Positions 47,413 through 59,300 of a stretch of DNA of 64,000 nt are shown here, one piece after another. The position numbers were made by a program, and so were the translations under genes. The notes under the pieces are model-generated. The model was not told where the DNA came from. It was given only the letters and a program-made list of their open reading frames with translations, and made no database searches. Every line of letters starts with the position of its first letter. Within the stretch, counting starts at the first letter, position 1. The DNA is taken from NCBI GenBank assembly GCA_043228905.1, contig JBHGNT010000009.1, positions 21,638,001 through 21,702,000 on the forward strand, given 5' to 3'. Source of the DNA: Azolla caroliniana. Taxonomy: Eukaryota; Plantae; Polypodiophyta.

Positions 47413-50400
47413 TGAAGGACCAATATGCGCGGCAACGTATGTGAGGACTTGTCGGTTATGCTGAACAAACAACACAGAGGGAAGGCAAGAAGATATAGAC
47501 AAATGATAGATACACATCGATAAAGCTTTAATGGAAGCTCTCTTTATTTCTGTTCTCTCTCTCTCTCAACTTAGAGACTTGTTACAAGAATGATCAAGCA
47601 ACACTCTTTACAACATTAGGTTATCGCTTATATACTAAGACCTAACTATATAGATGAGTTCACACTATCATACAAAGTGGAAGGAGTCGGCCTTTTATGC
47701 CAACAAACTCCCCCATAAAAGGACTACTCTTTCCTACATGTACATGTATTTGGGGTTGTCTCCCCCATAAACCTAGATTACAATAATAATCTAAATTTAT
47801 GTTACAAATCGGTTGGCATATAGTTGACTCGGGATAGGTAAGCTCCGTATTGAGCTTAGCATGGCTCATTATCATGATTGATTCGGTCGACTCTTACCTT
47901 CTGCTCCTCATTCGGCTTTCTTCTGCTCGGTCGCTTGTCGTAGTCCCATCTTTGTCCTTAGTGCTCCGAAACGTTGATCTGGGAGGGACTTCATCAGGCA
48001 ATCAACGATGTTCACCTTAGTGTCGATCTTCCAGACTTCGAGCCTCTTCTCGGTTATGAACTCCCGGATGTGATGATACTGCACCTCAATATGCTTTGTC
48101 TCTGCGTGATAGACAAGATTGTTGATGAGGTGTATTGCGCTCTGTGAGTCGCAATAGATGGTAGGCGTTGGTCGGTCTATTCGGCTTGTAGCTGAAAAAT
48201 CGGTAGACAGTCGGTGCAGCCAGATCGCGTCCTTCGCTACCTTTGATGTTGCTATGTACTCAGCCTCTGTGGTCGACAAGGCTGTGCACTCTTGAAGATT
48301 TGACCTCCATGATATCGCACCACCACCATAAGTGAAAATATAGCCTGATATTGACTTCCGATTGTCCGTATTTCCGACATAGTTAGAGTCAGTGTAGCCT
48401 TCGACTTCGACTGAGGTTGTCAAACCAAATGTCAGTTGTGTATCTTCGGTCCCTCTCAGGTACCTGAAGATGTGCTTGACGGACTCCCAATGCTTCCATC
48501 CTGGGTTTGACATGTACCGGTTGACCACTCCTACGGCATAGGCTAGGTCGGGTTGGGTCGCCACCATTGTGTACATGATACATCCTATAGCCCATGCGTA
48601 GAGCATCTTTCCATTAAGCTCTCTATCCTTGTTCGTTGAAGGAGAGTCTCTGTTTGATAGTCGGATCGATGTCGGAAGTGTTGTTGGTGCTGGCTTCACA
48701 TTCTGCATGTTGAAGTGCCTCAACACCTTCTGGATATAGTCGAACTAGGAGTGTTAGAGAGTCTTGGTCGTTTGATTTTGCTCGATCCTCATGCCTAGTA
48801 TGTAATGGGCTTGTCCGAGTTCCTTCATCGTGAACTTGTCGTGAAGGCTCTGCTTCAACTTTCCGATCTCTGCTTGATTTCTTCCTGCAATCATCAGGTC
48901 GTCAACATATAGGATTAGATAAATCCTAGACTCGTCGGCCAATTGCTGAACATACATACATGGGTCGGAGTCAGATCGGTGGTATCCAAGCTGCCTGATG
49001 TAGGAGTCGTACTTTTGGTACCAGATCCTCGGCGCTTGTTTCAAGCCATAGAGACTTTTCTTTAGTCGACATACGAGGTGACTTTCCTTCCCCGTTGCCG
49101 TGAAGCCTGCCGGCTGAGACATGTAGATGTCTTCTTCCAGATCTTTGTGTAGGAATGTCGTCTTTACATCTAGCTGCTCTAGCTCTAGGTCTTCTATCGC
49201 CACAACTCCTAGTAAGAGTCGGAGGTAATGGTCATCTTGACTACTGGTGAGAATATCTCGTTGTAGTCGACCCCATGTTCTTGTTTGAACCCTTTCGCGA
49301 CAAGTCAAACTTTGTACTCGGGTTTCTCTGAGTCAGGTACATATTTGTATCGGAAAACCCATTTGCAAGGTAGCGGCTTTCTTCTAGTTGATAGTTCGAT
49401 CAACTCCCATGTCTGATTCTTGTGAATCGAATCCATTTTGGATTTCATGGCTTGGAGCCATGTTTAGGCATCCATTGCGGCCATAGCTTCTTCATGAGCG
49501 CTTGGTTCGCTTGCATCGGTGTAGTTGACGTAGTCGAGGCCCGGTTGAAAACACTCTGTTGGCCTTCAAGCTCGTCCAGATCTCCTGGGTGCCGAGACAA
49601 GTGGTTTGGATTCTTCAATCGGCTTTGTTGGGTGATCGGTATTTGTTGAACCATTGTCTTTGATGGATTTGTCTTCGAGTTCGACTAGTGGACTTCCTAC
49701 CGATTCGGAGTCGGCAGGTATGTTGTCAGCTTGGTCGAGTTCGACTATTTGTCGAATCTCTGAGTCAGGTGGGTGGGATGGTCCTTCTACGACATCTCTG
49801 TCGACTTCGAAGGATACCTTTTTACCAACTATTTTCTGCTGGTTCTGCTGAGAGAAGATAGAGTCTTCATTGAAGACTACATTACTGCTCCGGATCAGTT
49901 TCCGGTTCTCAGGGTCCCATAGCCGGTAGCCAAAATCCCCATTGGTTCCATAACGGAGAAACATGCATTTTGCCGCATGGGGTGCCAACTTGGTCCTTTT
50001 CGCCCTGGGGATGAACGCGTAGGCTTCGCATTCGAATACACGGAGCCTATCGTAGGTCGGCTATTTGCCTAGCCATAGTACCTGTGGCACTTCTAGCCTG
50101 ATTTCTTTCGACGATGATAGATTTATCAAGTATACTGCCGTCTGCAATGCCTCAGCCCAAAACTCCAGCTTCAGTCTAGCTTGTTGGAGCATTATCGTCA
50201 CCCTCTACTAGATCATTTGGTTGATCCGTTCTGCCACTCCATTATGCATGGGTCTGTAAGGAACGATCTTTTTGATGCTGGATTCTTTTGTTGGACAGGT
50301 ACTCCTTGAAGGCTGTGGAGGTATATTCGCCTCCATTGTCGGATCAGAGTGTCTTCACTCCGTGTCCAAACCAATTCTCCACTTTAGATGTCCACTGAGT

Positions 50401-52455
50401 GAAGACCTTGAGCGCTTCGTCTTTGGACTTGATCGAGTAGGCCCAAACCTTTCGTTTACAGTCATCTACAAAGGTGATGAAGTACCAGGAGCCTCTTAGT
50501 GATCACTCTAGCATGGGCCCACATATATCTATGTGCACGAGCTCTAGGGGCTTTCGTACCATCTGGTAGTGGAGAGTGTGAGGACTTCAAGTCTGTTTCC
50601 CGTATCGACAATGCTCATAGAAGTCCGTCTTTGCTTGGAGTTTAGGGATGTAGCCAACCGCCATCAGCCGATTGAGTCTGGCTTGAGACATATGGCTGAG
50701 TCGGCCATGCCATAAGTTTGGGTCGGTCTTTTCAGCTACGTTCACAACCCCTTTTGGATTGATCGCCATTAATGGGTACAAGTTATTGTACTTGTGTCCA
50801 CTCCCAATTCTGAGATTTCCCCGTCTGATCATCCATATCAACTCACTTAACGTCGTTCGGTACCCATCTTCGGCTAACATACCGATGGAGACCAGACTCC
50901 TTTTCAGATCGAGTATGTGCCTGACTTGGTGCAGGGTGATCATGTTGCCATTGGGCAATCATATGGGAACCTCTCTGGTGCCTACTATTTTGCACTCCTG
51001 CTGGTTGCCTAGTCGGACTGTGCCGTTGGCGTCGGATGAATAGTTTGAAAACCATTCAATGTGTGGGGTCACGTGGAATGTGGCACCGGAATCCAGTAGC
51101 CATGTGTGTGCATCTTGTGCAGTGTAGAGGACTTCTCCGATCATCGAGTCCTGTAAAGAAAGGATTTCTCCTGATCGGGTGTCCGCAACGTTGATTTGGT
51201 TGCCTACTGGAGAGTGGTCCGAGTCGGGTCGTCCTCAATTTTGCTCGGATCGTCGACCATTCTCTTTCCTCTTGATCGACCAATAGTTGGAAACATTGTG
51301 GCTAGCTTTTATGCAGTGTGTGCAGAATTTGCTTGATGGGCCTGTTCTTGACTTTGATCGCTGTCAGTCTCCCCTTGTCTTCGATCGATTGGTGTTCCAA
51401 CCGGTTCTGTCGGCTTGCTCTCTCGTTTGACTCTGTCGGTCGAATGACTCGGTCGAGTGATGGGCTTGTGCTGATTCATCGATGGTATGTCCCATCGATT
51501 TTTGCCGAATGTCCTTGGTGAGGACTTGGCTGATCGTCTCATCCAGATTTAGGATCGGTCGGCTATTGGCGTATGTCGTGCAGAATACCTCCCAACTCGC
51601 CGGCAAGCTCGATAGGAGGGCAAGGGCTTTCACTTCTTCCGAAGTTGATCCCTTATGAGGAGAGTTCTAACAACACCCGACTGAAGGTGTTGATGTGAGA
51701 GGTATCCGGATCGATCTCTCTCATCTTCATGTTGAACAGTTGTTTGATCAAGATTAGTTTTGAAGATGAGGACTTTTTCTTGTACACGTCTTGTAGCTTC
51801 TCCCATAATGAGAACTTTGTCATCTCTTTTGCCATGCTAAAGTAGATGTTTTCGGCTAGGTGCATTCGAATGGTGGAGCGTGCGATTTCGTCCATTGATC
51901 TCCACTCATCGGCTGACATTGAAGCAGGCTTTTTGGAGTGTCGAATGACCTCAGCCTGTCTTCGAATAATCAGTACATCCTGCATCATCTCCTTCCATAG
52001 GGCAAAGTTTTTGCCGTCGAATTTTGATATCTCAATTCCTGTACCGGATGTTGATGCCATGATTTTGTTGAAAGTGACATTTGCTAACCTGGTCTTTTTT
52101 TATTTCCAACCGCCTTTTTTTTTGTTGTTTGTTGCCGTCGAGCCACGGATCGCTCTGATACTAGTTTGAAGGACAGATATGCACGGAAACGTATGTGAGG
52201 ACCTGTCGGTTATGCTCAGTAAACAACACAGAGGGAAGGCAAGAAGATATAGACAAATGATAGATACACACCGATAAACCTTTAATGGAGGCTCTCTTTA
52301 TTTCTATTCTCTCTCTCTCTCTCTCTCTCAACTCAGAGACTTGTTACAAGAATGATCAAGCCACACTCTTTACAACGTTATATACCAAGCCCTAACTATA
52401 TGGACAAGTTCACACTAGGATACAAAGTGGAAGGAGTTGGCCTTTTATGCCAACA
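47413..52455 (-). mobile_element. Full-length degenerate Ty1/copia LTR retrotransposon (copia-1, Tork/Tnt1-like)
   Basis: LTRs are 47413-47705 and 52167-52455 (TG...CA, ~8% divergent by hand count). PBS TAGTATCAGAGC (tRNA-iMet, 1 mismatch) is at 52152-52163 and the PPT at 47706-47714. TSD is taata/taatg. Domain order is gag (SKFDGKNFALWK), protease (WLLDSGATFH), integrase, RT (LKKSLYGLKQAPR, YVDD) and RNase H (TKHIEV), with many stops and frameshifts. Confidence 0.95.
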
Positions 52456-53686
52456 TAATGTTGAAAATATGACCTTCTGAGTCATGGAAGTCTTTGGTTT
52501 GTGAAAAACAACAATCATCTAAGTGGGATAATCTTTCATTTCTTTTAAGAACATGTAAGGTTTTCCCACAACCATTATTTTGTAGACATTGTGAAATGGA
52601 AAGATTTGGAGTATGTCACAGAAAATATAAGGACAAGACTAGTTAGGAAGTCGTAGTAAGCAAGTACATAAGGAGATATATGTTGCTACCCTAGTCTCAC
52701 AGTTTAAGAAGCAATCAAGTTACCTCTAAAAATGATACAATCATTTTCAGACTCTTGGATTTCCTTGTGGTCGAAACCAAGCTTGGAGATCATCTTCTTA
52801 GCTTCCTCCTTGATCGGGGCTGGTATACGTGAAGGAGGTGGAGATAGCGTTTGTCCACTTGAATCCAAATCTAAATAGCACATACGATAAATAATTTAAT
52901 TATAACCAATCTAACATATGTTTTCAATTGTCTAATAGGAATATTGCAAAATCGGAACCAAATATCATGAGACCATCGTTTTGTATATGAAAGATTATGG
53001 GCACTCACTTCTGATAGATGAGCGAAAATAGTTGCATACAAAGGCTACAAATATTTGATAGATATGCATTCCCCATTGTTTCTAGAGATTGTAATTATAG
53101 ACTCTATCATTTTACTAATGTCTCTTTCTCTATTCAACAATTTTCTAACAACTTTTGGGTTTTTAAATGTTAAAGAAATTCATGGAACTCAAGATGTTCT
53201 TGAGGTAAAAAATGACCAACCGATCAACCAAGTGAATCTTCCATGTCTAATTGACAATTAGACGAGACAAGAGGTGATCAATTCATTGACAATAGTGATC
53301 ACCAGTTTATGTATTTTTTATTGTACATATTATTATTATTTTCCCAAGTTATTGTATAAGACTTATTATTAATATCAAAATTACTTTAATCCTTTCTGTC
53401 TTTTGACATGTTAAAAATGTCTTGTAATGACACTTAATGTGACATATATTTGTGGTAAGTGTAAGCAAGCTGAATAACGAGAGCGAGAAGACAGAAGGAT
53501 AGTGAGCATGAACGAAATGAATAAAGAGAGAGAGGGAGAGAGAGAGAGAGAGACTAGCATGCGGTCATGGGTTAAACCCCTACATTCCATAGTTGCATCA
53601 AGTGAATTAAGAGATATGTATGACGTATATAATAAAGAGGTGAGAAAATTGGGTTTCGAACCCAAGACGCAATGCTTGTAGATATT

Positions 53687-53687
<1 letters not shown>

Positions 53688-53728
<41 letters not shown>
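53688..53728. repeat. (GA)n microsatellite
   Basis: Directly visible. Confidence 0.95.
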
Positions 53729-53731
<3 letters not shown>

Positions 53732-53870
53732 AGAGATTAACATCTTCTAAGACCAAAATTGGCCCATGAGACAGTTGGTTTACAACAAAAATAGGGCATT
53801 TACCCATTCATTGAAAGTAAAATAAAAAAAACATGTCCCATAAGGAAATGGCTTTATACTAGGCCTAGTT

Positions 53871-55032
53871 TCATTTCCATTCAAGTCTCTCAAAAAGAAG
53901 TGGGAGGTCAAAGGGTTTCGATGTGGATGTGGCCCGTGGTCCCAATGTAAAAGGTACCCCAACCATAGCTTTTAGGTGGCGTAGCTCACATTCCCTTATC
54001 TTCTTAATTGTTTCTACTCCACGCCGAGTTGCTTTGAAGCCCGACATCCGAGGGCGTTTGGTTGTTCTTTGCATTTCTACTTCATCAAGAGAGAGGCTGG
54101 GTGGTGTAGGTGTGTCCACATTCATTGTCTCCCCTTGTTCTTGGAAAATTACATTAGTTACATGTTGGTGAATGTTAAAAAGGATATGGTTAACACTTTG
54201 TAGTTTATTCTCCCTATGTTGTTTTAGCTCTAAGAGATACCTACCAAGTCTCGTTATATCCGGGGTATCTAATAGTTTGGAGAGGGTGGGAGAGGTACAT
54301 AGCCTTTCCTCTCTAGGGACTATATTAGCACGACCATTCTCAATCTCAAGTTGGTGAGATGATATCCTAAGTTGTCCAATGGCCACCCTTAGTGCATTTG
54401 ATAAGAATGTATCTAGATATTTTGTTCATGTAATAAAACCTAACTTAGAGAAGTGCATGAAGTGTTCCTTACAATACAATGTTTTAGATGGGAGTGGCTC
54501 TCATGGGGTGATCCATTTATATTGGGTGTGAATTTACCATATTTCTTGGCGTATTACTTTATTACGGTTCTCATGAGAGATTAAAGTTTGATCAGTTCCA
54601 TTGTTGTACTTAAGAGGAGATAGCTTATTAACGTTTATGCCATTTGCAAGTAACCAAATCACTACAATGCTATGCCAAGAGCTAGTATCTCCGGGCACAT
54701 ATAGGGATTAGGATGCCTCAAAATCTTGATGGGATATCCTATCTTGTGGTTGGCTATGTATCCTATGAATAAAAACTACCAGTGGAAAAGTGCTTCAACT
54801 AACATCGGGGGCAAACTAAACTTTGCTCTAATAATGTCATGTGGTACTGTCGATTTGCTTCGGAGTTGACGTGATAACATCGTCACCAAAGGTCTCTCTA
54901 ATTGCGTACACATGAAAGATGGTAGACCTGGAGCCCATACTACTGATGCATACATTAGGGAAGGGGTCACTAATGAGTTGAAGAGCCATCCCTTAGTTCA
55001 TGGCTCTTGAAAGTATATGCCTGGTGGCATTG
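53871..55032 (-). mobile_element. Non-LTR retrotransposon 3' remnant (post-RT region, RTEX/L2-like)
   Basis: Contains KGWLFNSLVTPSLMYASVVWAP...VPHDIIRAKF and AIGQLRISSHQLEIENGRANIVPREERLC, with stops and frameshifts. The clade assignment rests on motif recall. Confidence 0.7.
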
Positions 55033-56318
55033 TCCTATATGGGGTTCTTCGCGGCTTTTTGGAAAATGTTTCCGGTTCTCAGAGTGTTGCCACTTTCATC
55101 ATGAATGTCTAATGATATGCCATGTAGTCATTGTAGCCGAATCGTCTGACCACGTTCTTCTCTCGAGTGGAGCGACGTGGTTCTCCTTGTTTTCTCATGA
55201 TGGGCACATCCAGTCCACCATGTTAACTGTCGAGTGAGTGGTCTGATTCGTTTCTATTTGAGTCTTCGTACTCAAGCATTTTGGTCTTTCCTTTGTCCTG
55301 TTCCGAACTCAACCACGACATGCTTTGGTCGCTTGGAGGCTCTTCTGGTCCACTAAATTTGGTTGAGATTGGACTTTCCTCTGATGTGGGCCTCGACTAA
55401 TCATCCTCCTCCGCATGTGTCGAACTCGGTTTCGACTATGTCGAATGGGGTTGATTCGACCGTATACTAGGATGCAGACTCATCGAATACTACATCCCTA
55501 CTCACTCGTACCTTCTTGATGGAGGGGTTGAAACACTTATACCCTATTTGTTCGAGTGAGTACCCTACGAGTATACATTTCTCTGACTTGGGATCGAGCT
55601 TCTGCCGTGTCTTGTCGGGAATATGTACATATGCAATTGAACTGAATATCATGACGTGGGATAGATCTGATTTCTTCCCATTGAACTTTTCGTAGGGGGT
55701 AACATCATGCACTCTTGATGTTGTGCAACGATTCATTAGATATACGAACGTATTCATCGCTTCACCCCAATATGACTTTGATAGATGTTTCTCGTTCATC
55801 ATTGCCCTTGCCACCTTGAGTATGTGCCGGTTCTTGCGTTGTCGTGAAGATTTTCGGCAACAGTGTGAAAATCGCATGGAACGAGGAAAATTGAGAAGTT
55901 GCAATGTGCACACGTATGAAAGGAGTGATGGTTACACATGTATGTTAGCACGTTAATGTGCATGTGTGATGTGTGTTTAGGTGTTCATTACACAAAATAT
56001 AAAAATAAGCCTAGGGCCTAATGACATACAATGAAAGGAGTGATGGTTACACATGTATGTTAGCATGTTAATGTGCACATGTGATGTGTGTTTAGGTGTT
56101 CATTACACCTCCAAGATAGGAGGCAATTGACATACCATTAAGGCTAGGTTGTTTTCTTTAAAGTTTATTTTCTTCATTGTACTTTTCACATGCAATTGCT
56201 CGTACATGGGAGCTTGAATGATGGGCATGGTCATCATGCATCACATGTGATGCATGAGCGCCAAATGGCAATCATGCATTGTATGCATGTTTTACACCCT
56301 CACATACATCATATGCAT

Positions 56319-59300
56319 TGTTGAGAACTTGACGTTCCTTATGTCCGATGCTCGGCCACAACCGAGATTCTTTACATACACAGAAAAACAGGTAATGAAA
56401 AACGCGACACAAGAGAGGAGAAATGGTACACAGGAGGTATACGTGGAAAACCCCAAAGTAGGGGAAAAAACCACAGCAGCCCACAAGCTGCAAACTGTCA
56501 CTATGCAGAAATATACAACAGTGAGATCACTGAGGCAACGACCTCGTGTCCACAGATCTTCGCCACAGGCAGCGGTTACAACAGAGGCAACGACCTCGTC
56601 TCTCTCTCTTTCTCTGTACAGTTACGCTCTCTAATTTCTTCTTGCACCAACAAGAAGGAATAACAACAAGAATGACAACACACATTAAAAGTTTGCCCTA
56701 AGTCATATTTATACTAATATGACTTTTCGGCTATTTACAAAATGTAGCCTCGATGGGCTCCATCCGGCTCTCCGCAGTCGGGTATTCCTCGTCCGGTTCA
56801 TACCGGGCTTGCACCATCCGACTCTCCGCAGTCGGGTACTCCTCATCCGGTTCTCCGTCTCGGCCTCGGCCTATCGGCCTCGACCGAGTTTGTTCGTCGG
56901 CATTGTTCTTCTCTCTTCCCATCCGGAGGGACCTGTCTTCCAACAAACTCCCCCTTCACTCCGGCATGGGGTGTCTTTCCAGCCCGATCCTCTTCCGGCA
57001 TGCGTCCAGCTTGTCGGGTGTCAGCACTTTGGTCAGCATATCTGACCCGTTCTCGGCTGTGTGGATCTTCGCCAAAGCGAACTCCTGGTCATCTACCCTT
57101 TCCCGGATCCAGTGATACCTCCGCTGGATATGCTTCGTCCGGGAATGGTAGGCCGCATTCTTAGCAAGGTGGATGGCACTTTGACTGTCGCAGTAGAGTC
57201 GGTATTCCTCTTGCCGGATACCGAGCTCCCCGATGAAGTCCTTCATCCATAATATTTCCTTGCCGGCTTCCACAGCCGCCATGTACTCCGCCTCTGTGGT
57301 TGACAATGCAACCGTCTTCTGCAGCCTCGACTGCCACGAAACAGCTCCCCCTGCATATGTCATCACATATCCGGATGTAGACCGGCTGGTATCCACATTA
57401 GCCGACATATCCGAATCGGTGAAACCGTCCAGTTGAGGTTTTCCGGAGCCGAATCGGAGACACATATTTGAAGTGCCCTTCAAATACCGGAGTATCCATT
57501 TGACCGCGTTCCAATGCTCCTTGCCAGGATTACTCATGAACCGGCTCACCACTCCGACTGCGTATCCAATGTCCGGTCGGGTACAGACCATTGCGTACAT
57601 CAAGCTCCCGACGGCAGAGGCATATGGAATCTTCGTCATATCTGCCTTCTCTCCTTTTGTCTTCGGGCTTTGCTTGCCGGACAACTTGCAGTTTGCCGGT
57701 AGTGACGATCCGACCGGTTTTGCATCTGACATGTTGAACCGGTGAAGCACCTTTGTCACATACTTCTCCTGTGACAGCCATAGTTGCTTCACTGACCGGT
57801 CCCGAATGATGTGCATCCCCAACATCTGTCTTGCCGGACCCAAGTCCTTCATTGAGAAGGTCCGATTGAGAGCCTTCTTCAGCATCCGTATTTTTCCTTG
57901 GTCTCGTCCGACGATCAACATGTCATCCACGTACAGGAGGAGTATCAGGAAGTCCCCTCCTTCGAACTTCTTCACAAACACGCAGTGATCGGCCTGCGTC
58001 TTGTGGTACCCTTGATCGGTCATGAAGGAGTCGAACTTCCGATACCATTGCCGGGGAGCCTACTTCAGTCCGTACAGGCTCTTCTTCAACCGGCATACCA
58101 GGTGTTCCTTCCCTTTCTCCAGAAATCCTTCCGGTTGCTGCATGTAGATTTCCTCTTCGAGGTCGCCGTGGAGGAATGCCGTCTTCACGTCCAGCTGCTC
58201 TACCTCGAGATCCATGCTTGCTGCTATACTCAGCACCGTCCGGATGGAGGTCATCTTTACTACCGGGGCGAATATTTCGTCGAAGTCCACGCCCTTCTTC
58301 TGCTGGAACCCCTTCACCACGATCCTGGCTTTGTATCTTGGGGGGTTGCCGGCATCTCCCGGTTTCAACTTGAATACCCACTTGTTTCGGAGTGCCCGCT
58401 TTCCTTTCGGCAGCTCCACCAATTCGTACGTATGGTTCTCATGCAGGGAATCCATCTCATCCTGCATGGCACTTAACCATTTTCGGCTGTGGGTGTCTTC
58501 CTTTGCTTCTTCGAAGCTTTCCGGCTCCCCCTCATCGGTTAGCAGGACATGCTCTGCTTCCGGAAATCTCCGGGGCGCCCTTCTCTCTCTGAGAGGATAT
58601 CTACGTCTTCGGGCTTCGGTAATCGGTTCCTCCATTTGCTCTTCATCCGAATCCGATTCGGGATCTTGACCGGTTCCGGTCTCAGCTTCCTCTACTTCTT
58701 CTTCTGCCGGTTCGGTATCCTCACCGTAACCGGCTGGTTCCTCGAGTGCTAACCGGTCTCTTGCCGGTTGGGTCCGCTCATTGTAGAGTCTATCCTTACC
58801 GGTCGACTCGGAGTTCACTATCTTCTTCTCCGACTCCCAGTCGGCGAGCGTCTTGTCCTCCATGAAGATAATATCTCGACTCCGGAATACCTTCTTGTCG
58901 ACCGGGTCCCACACTCGGTAGCCGAACTCGTCGTCACCGTAACCGAGGAATATGCATGGCCGGGTCTTTGGATCTAGCTTTCCTCTCCGGTCCTTTGCTA
59001 CATGCACGTACGCGAGACACCCGAACACCCTTAGATGCCGGTAGGACACTTCCTTACCGGTCCATACTCTCTGTGGCGTGTCTCCGTCCAGGGGTACTGA
59101 GGGTGATCTGTTTATCACGTATGTCGCCGTCGACAGTGCCTCAGCCCAAAACTTCTTGGGTAGTTTTGCATGCGCTAGCATACTTCAGACCCTCTCCATT
59201 ATGGTCCGGTTCATCCTCTCGGCCAGTCCGTTTAGCTCCGGCGTCTTCGGCACGGTAAATTCGAGCCGGATTCCCTTCGAGCGGCAGTACTCCTCGAACT

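Noticed and set aside
53645-53670. B-box-like GGTTCGAAACCC (minus strand; similar motifs at ~13953 and ~200) as tRNA or SINE
   Set aside because: No A-box at the right spacing, no cloverleaf and no TSD.
56254-56634. Antisense ORF present in both copia-2 LTRs (also 61060-61365)
   Set aside because: Its conservation is explained by the ~99% LTR identity, and it has no recognisable domain.
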